Below, in pieces: positions 18,948 to 27,877 of a stretch of 64,000 nt of DNA (the stretch's first letter is position 1; each line of letters starts with the position of its first letter). The stretch is from the NCBI GenBank assembly GCA_002170535.1, contig NHDW01000001.1:59899-123898 (forward strand). The letters are read 5' to 3'. Position numbers and translations under genes: made by a program. The DNA comes from Methylococcaceae bacterium TMED69. GTDB taxonomy: Bacteria; Pseudomonadota; Gammaproteobacteria; Ga0077536. The notes beneath the pieces were generated by a model. The model was not told the origin of the DNA, did no database searches, and saw only the letters and a program-made list of their open reading frames with translations.

Positions 18948-19607
18948 TTGAAAGCAGAAATAATTGGAAGAACAATTGATAAATTAGCGATTAACGCGTT
19001 TTTTTTCGGTACTGGTAAACCACGCGTGTTAATAATTGGCGGAGTTCATGGAGACGAAAAAGAAGGAGTGGCTTTGTCGTACGGGCTGATGGCTGAGTTT
19101 GCAAAAAGTTACCCTCTTAAGTTTGGCCTAACAGTAATTCCTTGTTTAAATTTAGATGGTTTTCTAAAAAATACGAGGCAAAATTCAAATGGTGTTGATC
19201 TAAACCGAAATTTGCCTACTAATGATTGGCGCGCTGATTATGATCAAAAGCGTTTTTACCCAGGAAAGACAGCTAATAGTGAACCCGAAAATATTGCTCT
19301 GGTTGATTTTATTCAGCAGCATCCACTCATCTTTATAATATCACTGCATTCCTACAAGAAAGAACTATTAAATATTAATGGAGATTGTAATCCTGTTGAC
19401 CAGTCGATACATGAGGCGTTAAATATTAAATTAGAACGGGATATGGGTTATCCTACCCCAGGTTGCCTGGGTACTTTTACTGGTTTAGAAAGATCTATTC
19501 CAACTATTACTTATGAACTTCTGAGGGGTTCTAATGTTTTGGAGTTACGTAAACGTCACCTTTATCCAATAGTTTCTGCGTTAAAATTACTAAATGATCA
19601 AGCTTGA
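18948..19607 (+). CDS. M14-family zinc peptidase, murein peptide amidase A (MpaA)-like
   Basis: IIGGVHGDE (zinc ligands H and E), NSNGVDLNRNLPTNDW (compare MpaA NANGVDLNRNFPAANW), and a third His in ISLHSY. Confidence 0.65.
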   Translation: MKAEIIGRTIDKLAINAFFFGTGKPRVLIIGGVHGDEKEGVALSYGLMAEFAKSYPLKFGLTVIPCLNLDGFLKNTRQNSNGVDLNRNLPTNDWRADYDQKRFYPGKTANSEPENIALVDFIQQHPLIFIISLHSYKKELLNINGDCNPVDQSIHEALNIKLERDMGYPTPGCLGTFTGLERSIPTITYELLRGSNVLELRKRHLYPIVSALKLLNDQA

Positions 19608-19616
19608 ATCAAAGGA

Positions 19617-20330
19617 TTATCTCTTTGCTATGATCGCTACCATCTTCCGACCTTTTTTGTCTAAATGATCTATCCTTACAGGAAGCCAATCTAGCTCAGA
19701 AGCTAGATATACGGTATCTTCTTTTTTTGAGTTTTTTGCTTTTCGATATAAAACAATAGTTTTTAATTTTCCTAAGGGGGTCTTAATAGTCTTATAGCCT
19801 AAGTTTTTAATATCGTATATTTCAATTTCGTCCTGAGAAGCTATAAAAAAAACGGGGTCATGCTGTTCCGGGGGGATTTTTAACAACTTGAAATCAAGCA
19901 TTAGTTGGGCTTGGTAGGACAGCTTATCTTGAAGTAAATTTGTGCTTTTTAAAACATAACCATTTTTATTATCGATTCTTTCAACTGATTTTGCATCATC
20001 CCCAAACTCTAATGTGTAGTTTTTGTGTTCTTCTGTAGTCTTCCTGAAGTAAGAGGAGGGTACAAATTTTTGGTCAATTATCTGACCTTCGCTTAACTCG
20101 TATAATCTACGTTTTAAAAAAGAAGTCACTCCAGTGGTTTCGAAAGTTGATTCGAATTTAAATTTGTTATCTATGCTCTTAAATTCGCGAGTGATTTTTC
20201 CTACAGTGATCACCCCTTTTTTTATTGTATATTCAACGTTAAAGTCATCTATAGAGAAAACTTGGGTTGACACTAGGAGACCATATAAAAAAATAATTTT
20301 GCTGGTCAAAGATTTTTTCTTAATCTGCAT
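19617..20330 (-). CDS. secreted hypothetical protein
   Basis: Signal peptide, 237 aa, beta-rich composition. No motif recognised. Confidence 0.5.
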   Translation of the reverse strand: MQIKKKSLTSKIIFLYGLLVSTQVFSIDDFNVEYTIKKGVITVGKITREFKSIDNKFKFESTFETTGVTSFLKRRLYELSEGQIIDQKFVPSSYFRKTTEEHKNYTLEFGDDAKSVERIDNKNGYVLKSTNLLQDKLSYQAQLMLDFKLLKIPPEQHDPVFFIASQDEIEIYDIKNLGYKTIKTPLGKLKTIVLYRKAKNSKKEDTVYLASELDWLPVRIDHLDKKGRKMVAIIAKR

Positions 20331-20356
20331 CTTTCTTTCTCGAGAGTTTTTGAACT

Positions 20357-21283
20357 TTAGTATGTAACTTGTTCGATTAGAGGTCCCGAGTAATGAGACT
20401 CCCAGTATATATCATTAATTTTTTTGGTGATCGTGCCAGGGTCATTCTTCTTTAAGGGAATTCCATCCAAGCTCGTCGCTGGTATTATTCCCCCAGCAGT
20501 TGACGTTAAAAAAATTTCATCTGCTTTCTTGAGTATCGTCTTATGAATTTTTTGTATCTTTATGTTTAGCTTCATACGAGAGGCAATTTCAAGGACGGTT
20601 TTTCTCGTAATTCCTTCTAATACTCCCTCTATAGGAGTGAATATTGAGTTTTCTTGTATTATAAAAATATTGTAACCAGGCCCCTCTGTTAGGTTACCGT
20701 TGCCGTCACAAAGTATTACGGCATCTGCTTTTTTCTCGTATGCTTCGTAGAGTCCTTTTGTTAAGTCTGCCCAGTGGAAGTTCTTTACTCTAGGGTCAAC
20801 TGATCTGGGGTCTATTCGAAGTGTTTCCTCTGATACGATTAAATTTACGCCTTTTCTGTATTTTTCTTTGTTGATTACCCATACGTATGGTATCGCATAG
20901 CCATAAAAGCGATTTATTAATTTACTCGGATTCCTTTCTCCTGGCTCAGGAATCCCCCTAGTCATAATCATTTCTACGTAAGAGTTTTTGAGGCCAGTAG
21001 CTTTCACGAGATTGTGCAAAATCGGTTTTAATTCCACCCAATCAAATGGAGGGGAAAGCCGTATTGATTCACAGCTCCTTTTAAATCTTTCAACATGGTC
21101 ATCGACTCGAAAGAACTTACCATCCCAAACTCCAACAACATCATAGGTACAATCCGAACGTGAAAAGCCAAAATCTTGGATAGGAACGGCGGCTGAATTG
21201 ATTGAAACGTATTTCCCGTCTATCCAGGCGCAACCCTCTGGAAATAAAATATTGTCTTGGGAAATAGGAATCGTTGAACTCAT
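20357..21283 (-). CDS. class IV (fold type IV) PLP-dependent aminotransferase (branched-chain/D-amino-acid aminotransferase family)
   Basis: 308 aa. Has an E-x-x-x-N-x-F-like motif (LTEGPGYNIFI), a catalytic-Lys region, and R/Y substrate-anchoring residues of fold type IV. Confidence 0.65.
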   Translation of the reverse strand: MSSTIPISQDNILFPEGCAWIDGKYVSINSAAVPIQDFGFSRSDCTYDVVGVWDGKFFRVDDHVERFKRSCESIRLSPPFDWVELKPILHNLVKATGLKNSYVEMIMTRGIPEPGERNPSKLINRFYGYAIPYVWVINKEKYRKGVNLIVSEETLRIDPRSVDPRVKNFHWADLTKGLYEAYEKKADAVILCDGNGNLTEGPGYNIFIIQENSIFTPIEGVLEGITRKTVLEIASRMKLNIKIQKIHKTILKKADEIFLTSTAGGIIPATSLDGIPLKKNDPGTITKKINDIYWESHYSGPLIEQVTY

Positions 21284-21389
21284 TTATTGATCTCCAAATC
21301 AAATCAATTAATAGTATATTAAAAAATGGCCTAAATCGGTATAAAAACTTTTTTTAATCAATTTTTGGATGCAAGGAGTTATTGTGGGT

Positions 21390-21608
21390 CTAATAAAAAG
21401 CTAAATTACCATAGCCGACAATGAACAGGGGTAGCTGTAATCCAAAATTAACGACTATGGCCTTATCCCTCATTTTAATTCCTGCGATAGTCCACCCTAC
21501 TGCACCAATTCCGTGTATAAAAATGTTGAAAGGAAAAATATTTAGATTGGTAAGAAGTATACCAAAAAGTATAAAAAGCGTGCTTGTCCATTTTAAAACA
21601 GGAATCAT
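21390..21608 (-). CDS. small membrane protein (2 TM)
   Basis: 72 aa with two clear hydrophobic helices. The antisense ORF of similar size (21421..21645 +) is less hydrophobic. Confidence 0.35.
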   Translation of the reverse strand: MIPVLKWTSTLFILFGILLTNLNIFPFNIFIHGIGAVGWTIAGIKMRDKAIVVNFGLQLPLFIVGYGNLAFY

Positions 21609-21679
21609 TTCTAATCTCCTAAAAGTTAAATTTTTAAAAGACTAGATTAACTTAAAATTTGTATACGTGGGCTAGATAA

Positions 21680-22072
21680 CTAAGATTTATCTGCCGTTGT
21701 GATTGCTGTATCTAATGCAGCTATTCTCATTTTCTCTGCAGCCCGTTGAGCCCCTTTAGCGGTTTTATATTGTTTTTTTTCGAATAATTTAAGCGGTTTT
21801 GCTCTGTCAGCACATAATTGTCCAACACACCATTTTTTTCCAGGTGTAATCTCAACAGCCACGAAGAATCCTGACATTGGCCCTACTTTATAATTGTTAA
21901 ACGCATACAAAACTTCTGCTAAGTCGCTCAGTTTGTCCACATCTAGTGGGTTCATTATCGAAGCTTCAAGGTCAGAAAGCGGCTCTTTTCGAGTAGGAAG
22001 AACGTGTTTTCCTAAAGGAGTAGGATCAAACGGCATCGATGAGCTTCTATTTTTATCTTTCACTATTATCAA
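21680..22072 (-). CDS. hypothetical protein
   Basis: 130-aa ORF 7 nt upstream of the large 785-aa gene on the same strand. No motif recognised. Confidence 0.45.
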   Translation of the reverse strand: MIIVKDKNRSSSMPFDPTPLGKHVLPTRKEPLSDLEASIMNPLDVDKLSDLAEVLYAFNNYKVGPMSGFFVAVEITPGKKWCVGQLCADRAKPLKLFEKKQYKTAKGAQRAAEKMRIAALDTAITTADKS

Positions 22073-22086
22073 GCACGTTTAGTCGT

Positions 22087-24444
22087 TTAGGGGAGCTCTC
22101 CTGGCTTAAGAAACCCTTTGATCACGTTTTCCATGATTTTTGAGACATTGTTTTTATAATTATTATGTGAAAGGCTTCCGCACCAAGCTAAAGATCCAGG
22201 AGCAAACACTGCGCCATTATTAGGTGTTTTATAATAAATCATATCTGCCCTCACCATGGGGTTTTCATCACCGCCTCCGTAATAACCCCTACATGTAAAG
22301 TGAATTTCTTCATTTACCTGCATCATGAGATCCGTATGGCCCTCAGAACGAGCTAATAAAAAGGCTTCGTGTGGAGTACCAAATTCAAGGTCATAACGGT
22401 CGATTTCTAAGCCAGCAGCTCCGCCGCCAACAAGGCCGAAATCTCCAATTATCTCGTCTCTGCCGATTCCTTTAAAGATCCATTCACATTCTTTTCTTTC
22501 AGAATCTGGTTCTCTTCTGTAGTAGCTCGACACGTCGAATCCATATGCTGTAAAAGTTAAACCACATACTTTAGTCGGGATTCGTCCTCTTGCTCTCCAC
22601 ATTCCGCCGAATTTACCGTCAAACGCATTGTTATATTCGCCTGGGTTGGCAGTCCACGCTCGTGTTCCAGCTTCTCCCTTCCTAACTTCTATTATATTTG
22701 GATTATCTGGATGATACTCGCTAACCCAATAAAATCCATCGGCCCCTAAATAAAGCCATCTACCTCCTGACTGTTGATAGGTCTCGTATGCTGCTAACAT
22801 ACTTTCGGAAGAATATTCGGGATGACTGCCGGTAAGCACAACCTGATATTTATTGAGTAGATCAACCCCCTCTCTATCTAAATCTTCGTCTGTATGAACG
22901 TCATAATTTATATTTTTTTCCTCAAGCCAATCAGTTAAATGTAAATCTGCATTAAGCTGCCACAAGGATGGAGACAACCAATGCCTATATTTGGGCCTCA
23001 TATTTAAAATTGGCCGTAGTCTCGATGAATAACAGACACCGCTGCCATCAGAATGGCATGAGTAAGTTGAAAGACCATATTCACGATGCTCGTTTAAATA
23101 AAGGTCAGAGGCTTGCATGATCGGAACTCTTCCTGCGAGTAATTCAGCTACAACTGAGTTGGTTGCTAGGTTATCATTTGAGTATGCCATATAAGAATTC
23201 GTTGGGATTATTAGACACACTTTTGCTGTCGCTTTCCCTTGAGGTGGTCGTACAAAAAAAGGAACATAATCTTCTGTTTCAGGGCTCTCTATCCCTTTTA
23301 TTCGAAGCCTTGCACCATAAACACCGCTCTTTAGTTTCGCTGGAATTTTAAAAGAAAAACTCTCTTCCCACCTAGCGTCGTCGATATCATCATCATGGAA
23401 GTGGATTGCCCCGTATTCTTCTGGGACGTGATGATAAACTATGTCATCGGCAGTCCAGTTATAGCCTGTCATCGCCCTTGCTGGCATATTGATAACAAAT
23501 CCATTTAACTTACTAGCTGAAGTATCAATTATCTGACAGCTAGCGATTTTATCAGTAATATTTGCATGGAAATCCCATGCTCCGATGATTTGATTTCGAA
23601 GGTATCCGTCACAGCCTGATATACCTCTTGTAAGCGTGTCTATTTCATTTTTTTCTAAAGCTTTTTTTGAAAATCGTGGCCGGTCGATTTTACCATTAAA
23701 CACCTCGTGTTGCTCAGGTAGCGAAAATGGTTCTAATGCCTCTTTGTAATGCCCACCAGATACATGGCGGCCAGATTTAATGTTCTTAGTACTCGCTGCA
23801 ATTAGTAAGGGGGCCTTATTCTCCGAGGCTTTTATAGAAATTGTGCCCGATGTTATATTGGCTGTGGAGTCTAGAGGATAGAGCATAGACATCCCTAGCC
23901 CTCCGTTTGTTGGAGTTACTACTGGTTCTTGATAGATTTTGACTCTTCCAGAATTAGCATCGAATGTGACGGCTACAAGATACCAAACTTTTCTCAAGAG
24001 CGGTTTTTTGCTACTTACTTCGGCTATTTTCCCTGTCCCATTTCCAACTCGACACGATAAATGGCCATTATCATCAATAAACATTCCAAAACCGCTTGAG
24101 CTTTTATTATCCCATTTTGTAATTAAACCTTGTCTGCCTTTGTCTGGGGTAGTAGGAAATATAAAGGCCTGTAGGGTAAAGCTATCTACATTCATTCTGT
24201 GATCTGCTTGAACACATCCATAAGAGCCACCGTGGATTTTTTGATTTTTTCCTTTGTAGTTTTTGTTACAAGGTGCCTTTATGACTTTTTCTTTAAAGCC
24301 AGGTCCTTCTGGGTTCGTGTCGCCATGGATTAGTCTTACTATGTCAGCTTTATATGTTTCGTTTTTTTCTGAATTTACATAGAATGTAATTTCATCTCCA
24401 GGACAGACTGAATATTTATCGCTATAGCCCGTGATTCTTAACAT
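22087..24444 (-). CDS. N,N-dimethylformamidase large (beta) subunit-like protein, containing a concanavalin-A/LamG-like jelly-roll
   Basis: 785 aa. The N-terminal region (LITKWDNKSSSGFGMFIDDNGHLSCRV...VWYLVAVTFD) looks like a LamG/ConA-like fold. It is preceded co-directionally, across a 42-bp gap, by a 136-aa ORF, matching the small-then-large subunit order and sizes of DMFase (about 15 kDa plus about 85 kDa). The family assignment is from memory of the architecture, not from a search. Confidence 0.4.
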   Translation of the reverse strand: MLRITGYSDKYSVCPGDEITFYVNSEKNETYKADIVRLIHGDTNPEGPGFKEKVIKAPCNKNYKGKNQKIHGGSYGCVQADHRMNVDSFTLQAFIFPTTPDKGRQGLITKWDNKSSSGFGMFIDDNGHLSCRVGNGTGKIAEVSSKKPLLRKVWYLVAVTFDANSGRVKIYQEPVVTPTNGGLGMSMLYPLDSTANITSGTISIKASENKAPLLIAASTKNIKSGRHVSGGHYKEALEPFSLPEQHEVFNGKIDRPRFSKKALEKNEIDTLTRGISGCDGYLRNQIIGAWDFHANITDKIASCQIIDTSASKLNGFVINMPARAMTGYNWTADDIVYHHVPEEYGAIHFHDDDIDDARWEESFSFKIPAKLKSGVYGARLRIKGIESPETEDYVPFFVRPPQGKATAKVCLIIPTNSYMAYSNDNLATNSVVAELLAGRVPIMQASDLYLNEHREYGLSTYSCHSDGSGVCYSSRLRPILNMRPKYRHWLSPSLWQLNADLHLTDWLEEKNINYDVHTDEDLDREGVDLLNKYQVVLTGSHPEYSSESMLAAYETYQQSGGRWLYLGADGFYWVSEYHPDNPNIIEVRKGEAGTRAWTANPGEYNNAFDGKFGGMWRARGRIPTKVCGLTFTAYGFDVSSYYRREPDSERKECEWIFKGIGRDEIIGDFGLVGGGAAGLEIDRYDLEFGTPHEAFLLARSEGHTDLMMQVNEEIHFTCRGYYGGGDENPMVRADMIYYKTPNNGAVFAPGSLAWCGSLSHNNYKNNVSKIMENVIKGFLKPGELP

Positions 24445-24486
24445 GATGCTCCCTTTATAAGTTTCTTAAAGAAATTAAAATATCGC

Positions 24487-24897
24487 TTATTTATAGCCAT
24501 ATTCCTTTAATAAGTCGTTCACTCTTTTTTTAAAAATTTCATGTTCGCAGGCGTCTTCGCTAGGATAAGGTTTTGCAAGAATTTTGACTGGCTTACCCCT
24601 AACTCCACTCACGATTCCTATTCTGTAGTCTTGATGTGGTGTTTTACAAATCCGCACATATTTTCCAGCCATTGCTCTTCGTCTGAATTTATCTATGACT
24701 CGCTGCAAGTTTTCACTGTGCTGAATTCCAGCTTTTCCATTGCAACCGGGTTGGCCTATTGGATTATTCTTATGTTCGTTAAGGAGTTCTGTGCGTTTTT
24801 TTTTATCAATCAGTAAAGGCAATATATGCGTACGGGTAATGAAATCATCGGTCTGCGTGTACCCGCGGTTTTCTTGGACACCTGTTTTCTTGGCCAT
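24487..24897 (-). CDS. candidate small subunit partner of the DMFase-like large protein (hypothetical 136-aa protein)
   Basis: 136-aa ORF directly upstream of, and co-oriented with, the 785-aa gene. The antisense ORFs 24541..24816 and 24740..24931 are shorter and were rejected. Confidence 0.45.
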   Translation of the reverse strand: MAKKTGVQENRGYTQTDDFITRTHILPLLIDKKKRTELLNEHKNNPIGQPGCNGKAGIQHSENLQRVIDKFRRRAMAGKYVRICKTPHQDYRIGIVSGVRGKPVKILAKPYPSEDACEHEIFKKRVNDLLKEYGYK

Positions 24898-25012
24898 AAC
24901 TGCTCCTCAATATTTTTGTAACTGTCCCTAAACAGTAAGCTATCAAGAAAACGGTAGGGTTGAAAGAAAAAGTTTAATTATTTGATTATTTTTGTGATTT
25001 TTAGTATCAGGT

Positions 25013-25052
25013 GGGGGTTGATCGCCCCCGGACTAGTGCCTGGGGGCTTTTC
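25013..25052 (+). terminator. GC-rich tandem hairpins followed by a TTTT run, oriented as a plus-strand rho-independent terminator
   Basis: The first element is ggggg-ttgatcg-ccccc. The second is gcccccgg-actagt-gcctgggggc, a stem of about 9 bp with two bulges, followed by ttttc. No plus-strand CDS lies upstream, so it may act bidirectionally or terminate an unannotated short plus-strand transcript. Confidence 0.4.
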
Positions 25053-25061
25053 ATAGGCGTT

Positions 25062-25292
25062 CTACTTCATAAGAGCCATAGCTTCATCAAAATATTTCAC
25101 GGCGAGTTTCGCATTTGAGTGTTCATTTTCGATACCAAGGTCTCTTAATTTCATTATTTCTGCTTTGACGTCATCGGATACGGCGGTCATTTTCAGCTGC
25201 TTATTGACTGCATTAATCTTTCCAGACATGCATCCCGCGCTACATATTCCAGACAGAGTTATTAAGCAAAATAGTGTAAGTATATTTTTCAT
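25062..25292 (-). CDS. small lipoprotein
   Basis: 76 aa. Signal peptide with a lipobox (LSGIC) and a helical remainder. Confidence 0.5.
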   Translation of the reverse strand: MKNILTLFCLITLSGICSAGCMSGKINAVNKQLKMTAVSDDVKAEIMKLRDLGIENEHSNAKLAVKYFDEAMALMK

Positions 25293-25345
25293 TGTTTGTC
25301 TCCTTTTTCATTGATACGTTTAACCGCGAATGTTGATCACGTTTT

Positions 25346-26182
25346 TCAGAAATCCGCATTTGAGTGGCGCTCTTTTAATTGGTCAGCCTCGGGTCCCCAG
25401 GTTTTATTAACTCTTTTCCCTCTAATCACAGCCGGACGAGCATTTATGCTCTCTCCCCAACGAATAACGTTCTCGTATGATTCTAGGTCAAGAAACTCTT
25501 TAGCATCATATAATCCATGAAATGCAAGCCCGCCATACCAAGGGAAAATGGCAATGTCAGCAATACTATATTCATCTCCTACAACATATTCATTTTTTTC
25601 TAGTTTTTTATCCAAGACGTCAAGTTGTCTTTTGGTTTCCATCGCGAACCTATTTATTGGGTACTCTTGTTTGTAAGGAGCATAGGTATAAAAGTGTCCA
25701 AAACCTCCTCCAAGATAAGGAGTGCTGCCCATCTGCCAGAATAACCAAGAAGTACATTCTGCTTTAGCGGCCTTATCCTGAGGCAAAAATTTACCAAATT
25801 TCTGAGAAAGGTATAATAAAATCGCACCTGATTCGAAGACCTTTATTGGAACATCTTCGCTGTTATCGACAAGGGCAGGGATCTTTGAGTTTGGATTTAT
25901 GCCCACAAACCCGCTACCAAATTGTTCGCCTTTGAATATATCAATTAGGTAAGCATCATACTCTGCTTCTTTTACCCCAATCTCCAATAATTCCTCGAGC
26001 AGTATAGTAACTTTAGCTCCGTTCGGCGTGCCCATTGAGTAGAGCTGGATAGGATGTTTTCCAATGGGGAGTTTTGACTCAAATCTAGCTCCAGCAGTAG
26101 GTCTGTTGATGTTTGCAAATTTACCACCATTCTCCGAATCCCATTTCCAGATTTTTGGCGGATTGTATTCTTTCTCTTTCAA
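25346..26182 (-). CDS. yghU: Nu-class glutathione S-transferase / GSH-dependent disulfide-bond oxidoreductase (YghU/YfcG family)
   Basis: Near-colinear with E. coli YghU along its whole length. Matching segments include KIWKWDSENGGKFANINRP, GKHPIQLYSMGTPNG.KVTI.LEELL, GFVGINPNSKIPAL and HERHSNADF. Confidence 0.85.
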   Translation of the reverse strand: MKEKEYNPPKIWKWDSENGGKFANINRPTAGARFESKLPIGKHPIQLYSMGTPNGAKVTILLEELLEIGVKEAEYDAYLIDIFKGEQFGSGFVGINPNSKIPALVDNSEDVPIKVFESGAILLYLSQKFGKFLPQDKAAKAECTSWLFWQMGSTPYLGGGFGHFYTYAPYKQEYPINRFAMETKRQLDVLDKKLEKNEYVVGDEYSIADIAIFPWYGGLAFHGLYDAKEFLDLESYENVIRWGESINARPAVIRGKRVNKTWGPEADQLKERHSNADF

Positions 26183-26202
26183 ATAATTTCTCCCGGGTTA
26201 TT

Positions 26203-26994
26203 TTACCAATTGTCTGACTTTCTAGTATTCCACCATGGAATGTCTTTGGCTGAGCGCAAATCCATTTCATGAGTCCAGGTAGATGGGTGTTGTTTATATA
26301 GATGCATATATGTATTTGCGATATGTTCTGGGATTAGAAGTCCATTTTTTTCCCCGCCCCGCTCGATTTTGAGTTTTGTAAAGGCTTCGGTTCCCAGCAT
26401 TTTTCCAAGTGTATCAGGCGCCTCTACTGCCCCATCTACAATTACATGCGCAATATGTATTCCTTTAGGTCCAAACTCTGCGTTTAGAGTCTGACATAAC
26501 ATTCTTCTTCCGCCCATCGCAGCAGCATGGGAGTGTTGTTGTTCATTACCTCTCACTGCAGCCGTAGAGGACGTTACGATAATTGTCCCTTTATTTCTTT
26601 CAACCATTTTAGGCAACAGTGTTTGCGCCAGCTTAAAAAGTCCAAAAGTCCCTAATCTCCAACCTCTCTCAAACGTTTTATAAGAAGTTTCCGCTAGACA
26701 TTTATTCCCAATTTGGGCGCCTAAATTATAAAAAGCTGCCTCGATTGGCCCTATATCAGATTCTATTTGTTCTATAAGATCTTCAATCTTATTTGTTTCA
26801 ATCGCGTTGAGAAGAAAGCCTGAGCTGGTGTATCCGTCTGCAATGATTGAATCAACCAGATTTTTTAGTTGCTCGCCATCAGACCGTCGGACTAAACATG
26901 CGTGGAATCCATGTTCAGCAAATTTTTTTCCGACTGCTCCGCCAATTCCTCTTCCAGCTCCTATCACTAAACATACTTTATTGTTTTGTGTCAT
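26203..26994 (-). CDS. SDR-family oxidoreductase
   Basis: GAGRGIG Rossmann motif. 263 aa. Overlaps the upstream kinase gene by 4 nt. Confidence 0.75.
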   Translation of the reverse strand: MTQNNKVCLVIGAGRGIGGAVGKKFAEHGFHACLVRRSDGEQLKNLVDSIIADGYTSSGFLLNAIETNKIEDLIEQIESDIGPIEAAFYNLGAQIGNKCLAETSYKTFERGWRLGTFGLFKLAQTLLPKMVERNKGTIIVTSSTAAVRGNEQQHSHAAAMGGRRMLCQTLNAEFGPKGIHIAHVIVDGAVEAPDTLGKMLGTEAFTKLKIERGGEKNGLLIPEHIANTYMHLYKQHPSTWTHEMDLRSAKDIPWWNTRKSDNW

Positions 26995-27803
26995 TTTAAG
27001 TTTTCTGTCCAGATATAATTATAATTCGAATCTCTTTTTAGAGTCACGGTAGCATGCTCACTACAAAACTTCCAAATTTGGTAAGTCCAACTTTCAAAGA
27101 GGTAGCAAAATTCTTCAACTTCTTCTTTGGTTTGAAAAGTATGACTCTGATTTAGCGATAGGATTTCCTGTTCTTGTCGCCATCTGTCTTCGATTACTTG
27201 GTTAAAATCTTTTTGTTCAATAAATATCAAAAAATTAATTAAATTCCAAATTTCTTCATACTTTTTGGCCTGATTCTTTGTCCATTTTTTCCAAATTCCG
27301 TAAGGATCATTTTTTAGCTCCCATTCAGTTTCAGGTGCTGCCGATAAACTTTTACTAAAAGCGCCAATACACCACCCTTCAATAAAAATAATTTTTGGAT
27401 ACTGTGCTACTGATTGCCAAAACTTTGCCGGTTTCCTATCGTCTAACCCCTTCTCAAAACTTGGGAGTTTGATAGGTAAAGGGCAATCTTGTCTCCGTAG
27501 AAAACCTAAAACTCTATTTAAGAGATCGATATCATGCGTGCCTGGAACACCTCGTTTGACTGCAAGTGGATGAATTTCTTTTGATAATTTTTCGCGTTCG
27601 CTTTTGGTGAGATAAAAATCATCTAGGCTTAGAACGACTGACGGTATTTTATTTATTTTAAGTTTTTCTGACAGAATGTGGCATAAGGTGGATTTACCAG
27701 AGCCTTGCCCACCGCTTATCCCGATGACTATTGGGCCGATATGACCCTCAAACCGTATTTTTATTAAGTTTTGTAACCTTTTGCAAACTTGATCTATATT
27801 CAT
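26991..27803 (-). CDS. P-loop kinase of the uridine-kinase/phosphoribulokinase superfamily (D-glycerate 3-kinase-like)
   Basis: Walker A GISGGQGSGKST followed by LSLDDFY, the motif typical of the plant-type glycerate kinase and YFH7 clade. Confidence 0.5.
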   Translation of the reverse strand: MNIDQVCKRLQNLIKIRFEGHIGPIVIGISGGQGSGKSTLCHILSEKLKINKIPSVVLSLDDFYLTKSEREKLSKEIHPLAVKRGVPGTHDIDLLNRVLGFLRRQDCPLPIKLPSFEKGLDDRKPAKFWQSVAQYPKIIFIEGWCIGAFSKSLSAAPETEWELKNDPYGIWKKWTKNQAKKYEEIWNLINFLIFIEQKDFNQVIEDRWRQEQEILSLNQSHTFQTKEEVEEFCYLFESWTYQIWKFCSEHATVTLKRDSNYNYIWTENLK

Positions 27804-27877
27804 TCAATTTAAAAAGCGAAAGAACTAGAAAATATCATCTAACGATTTTAAACTAATTTATATCAAAAGGGTAAATT

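Noticed and set aside
24541-24931. Plus-strand ORFs 24541..24816 and 24740..24931, opposite the 136-aa minus-strand ORF.
   Set aside because: They are shorter and mutually overlapping, with no ribosome-binding site. The minus-strand ORF is co-oriented with, and 42 bp from, the large DMFase-like gene, which fits a two-subunit operon.
24921-24936. CTGT...ACAG inverted repeat considered as a LexA (SOS) box.
   Set aside because: The spacing is N6 between CTGT and ACAG, not the canonical gammaproteobacterial CTGT-N8-ACAG. It is kept only as a generic candidate operator in the findings.
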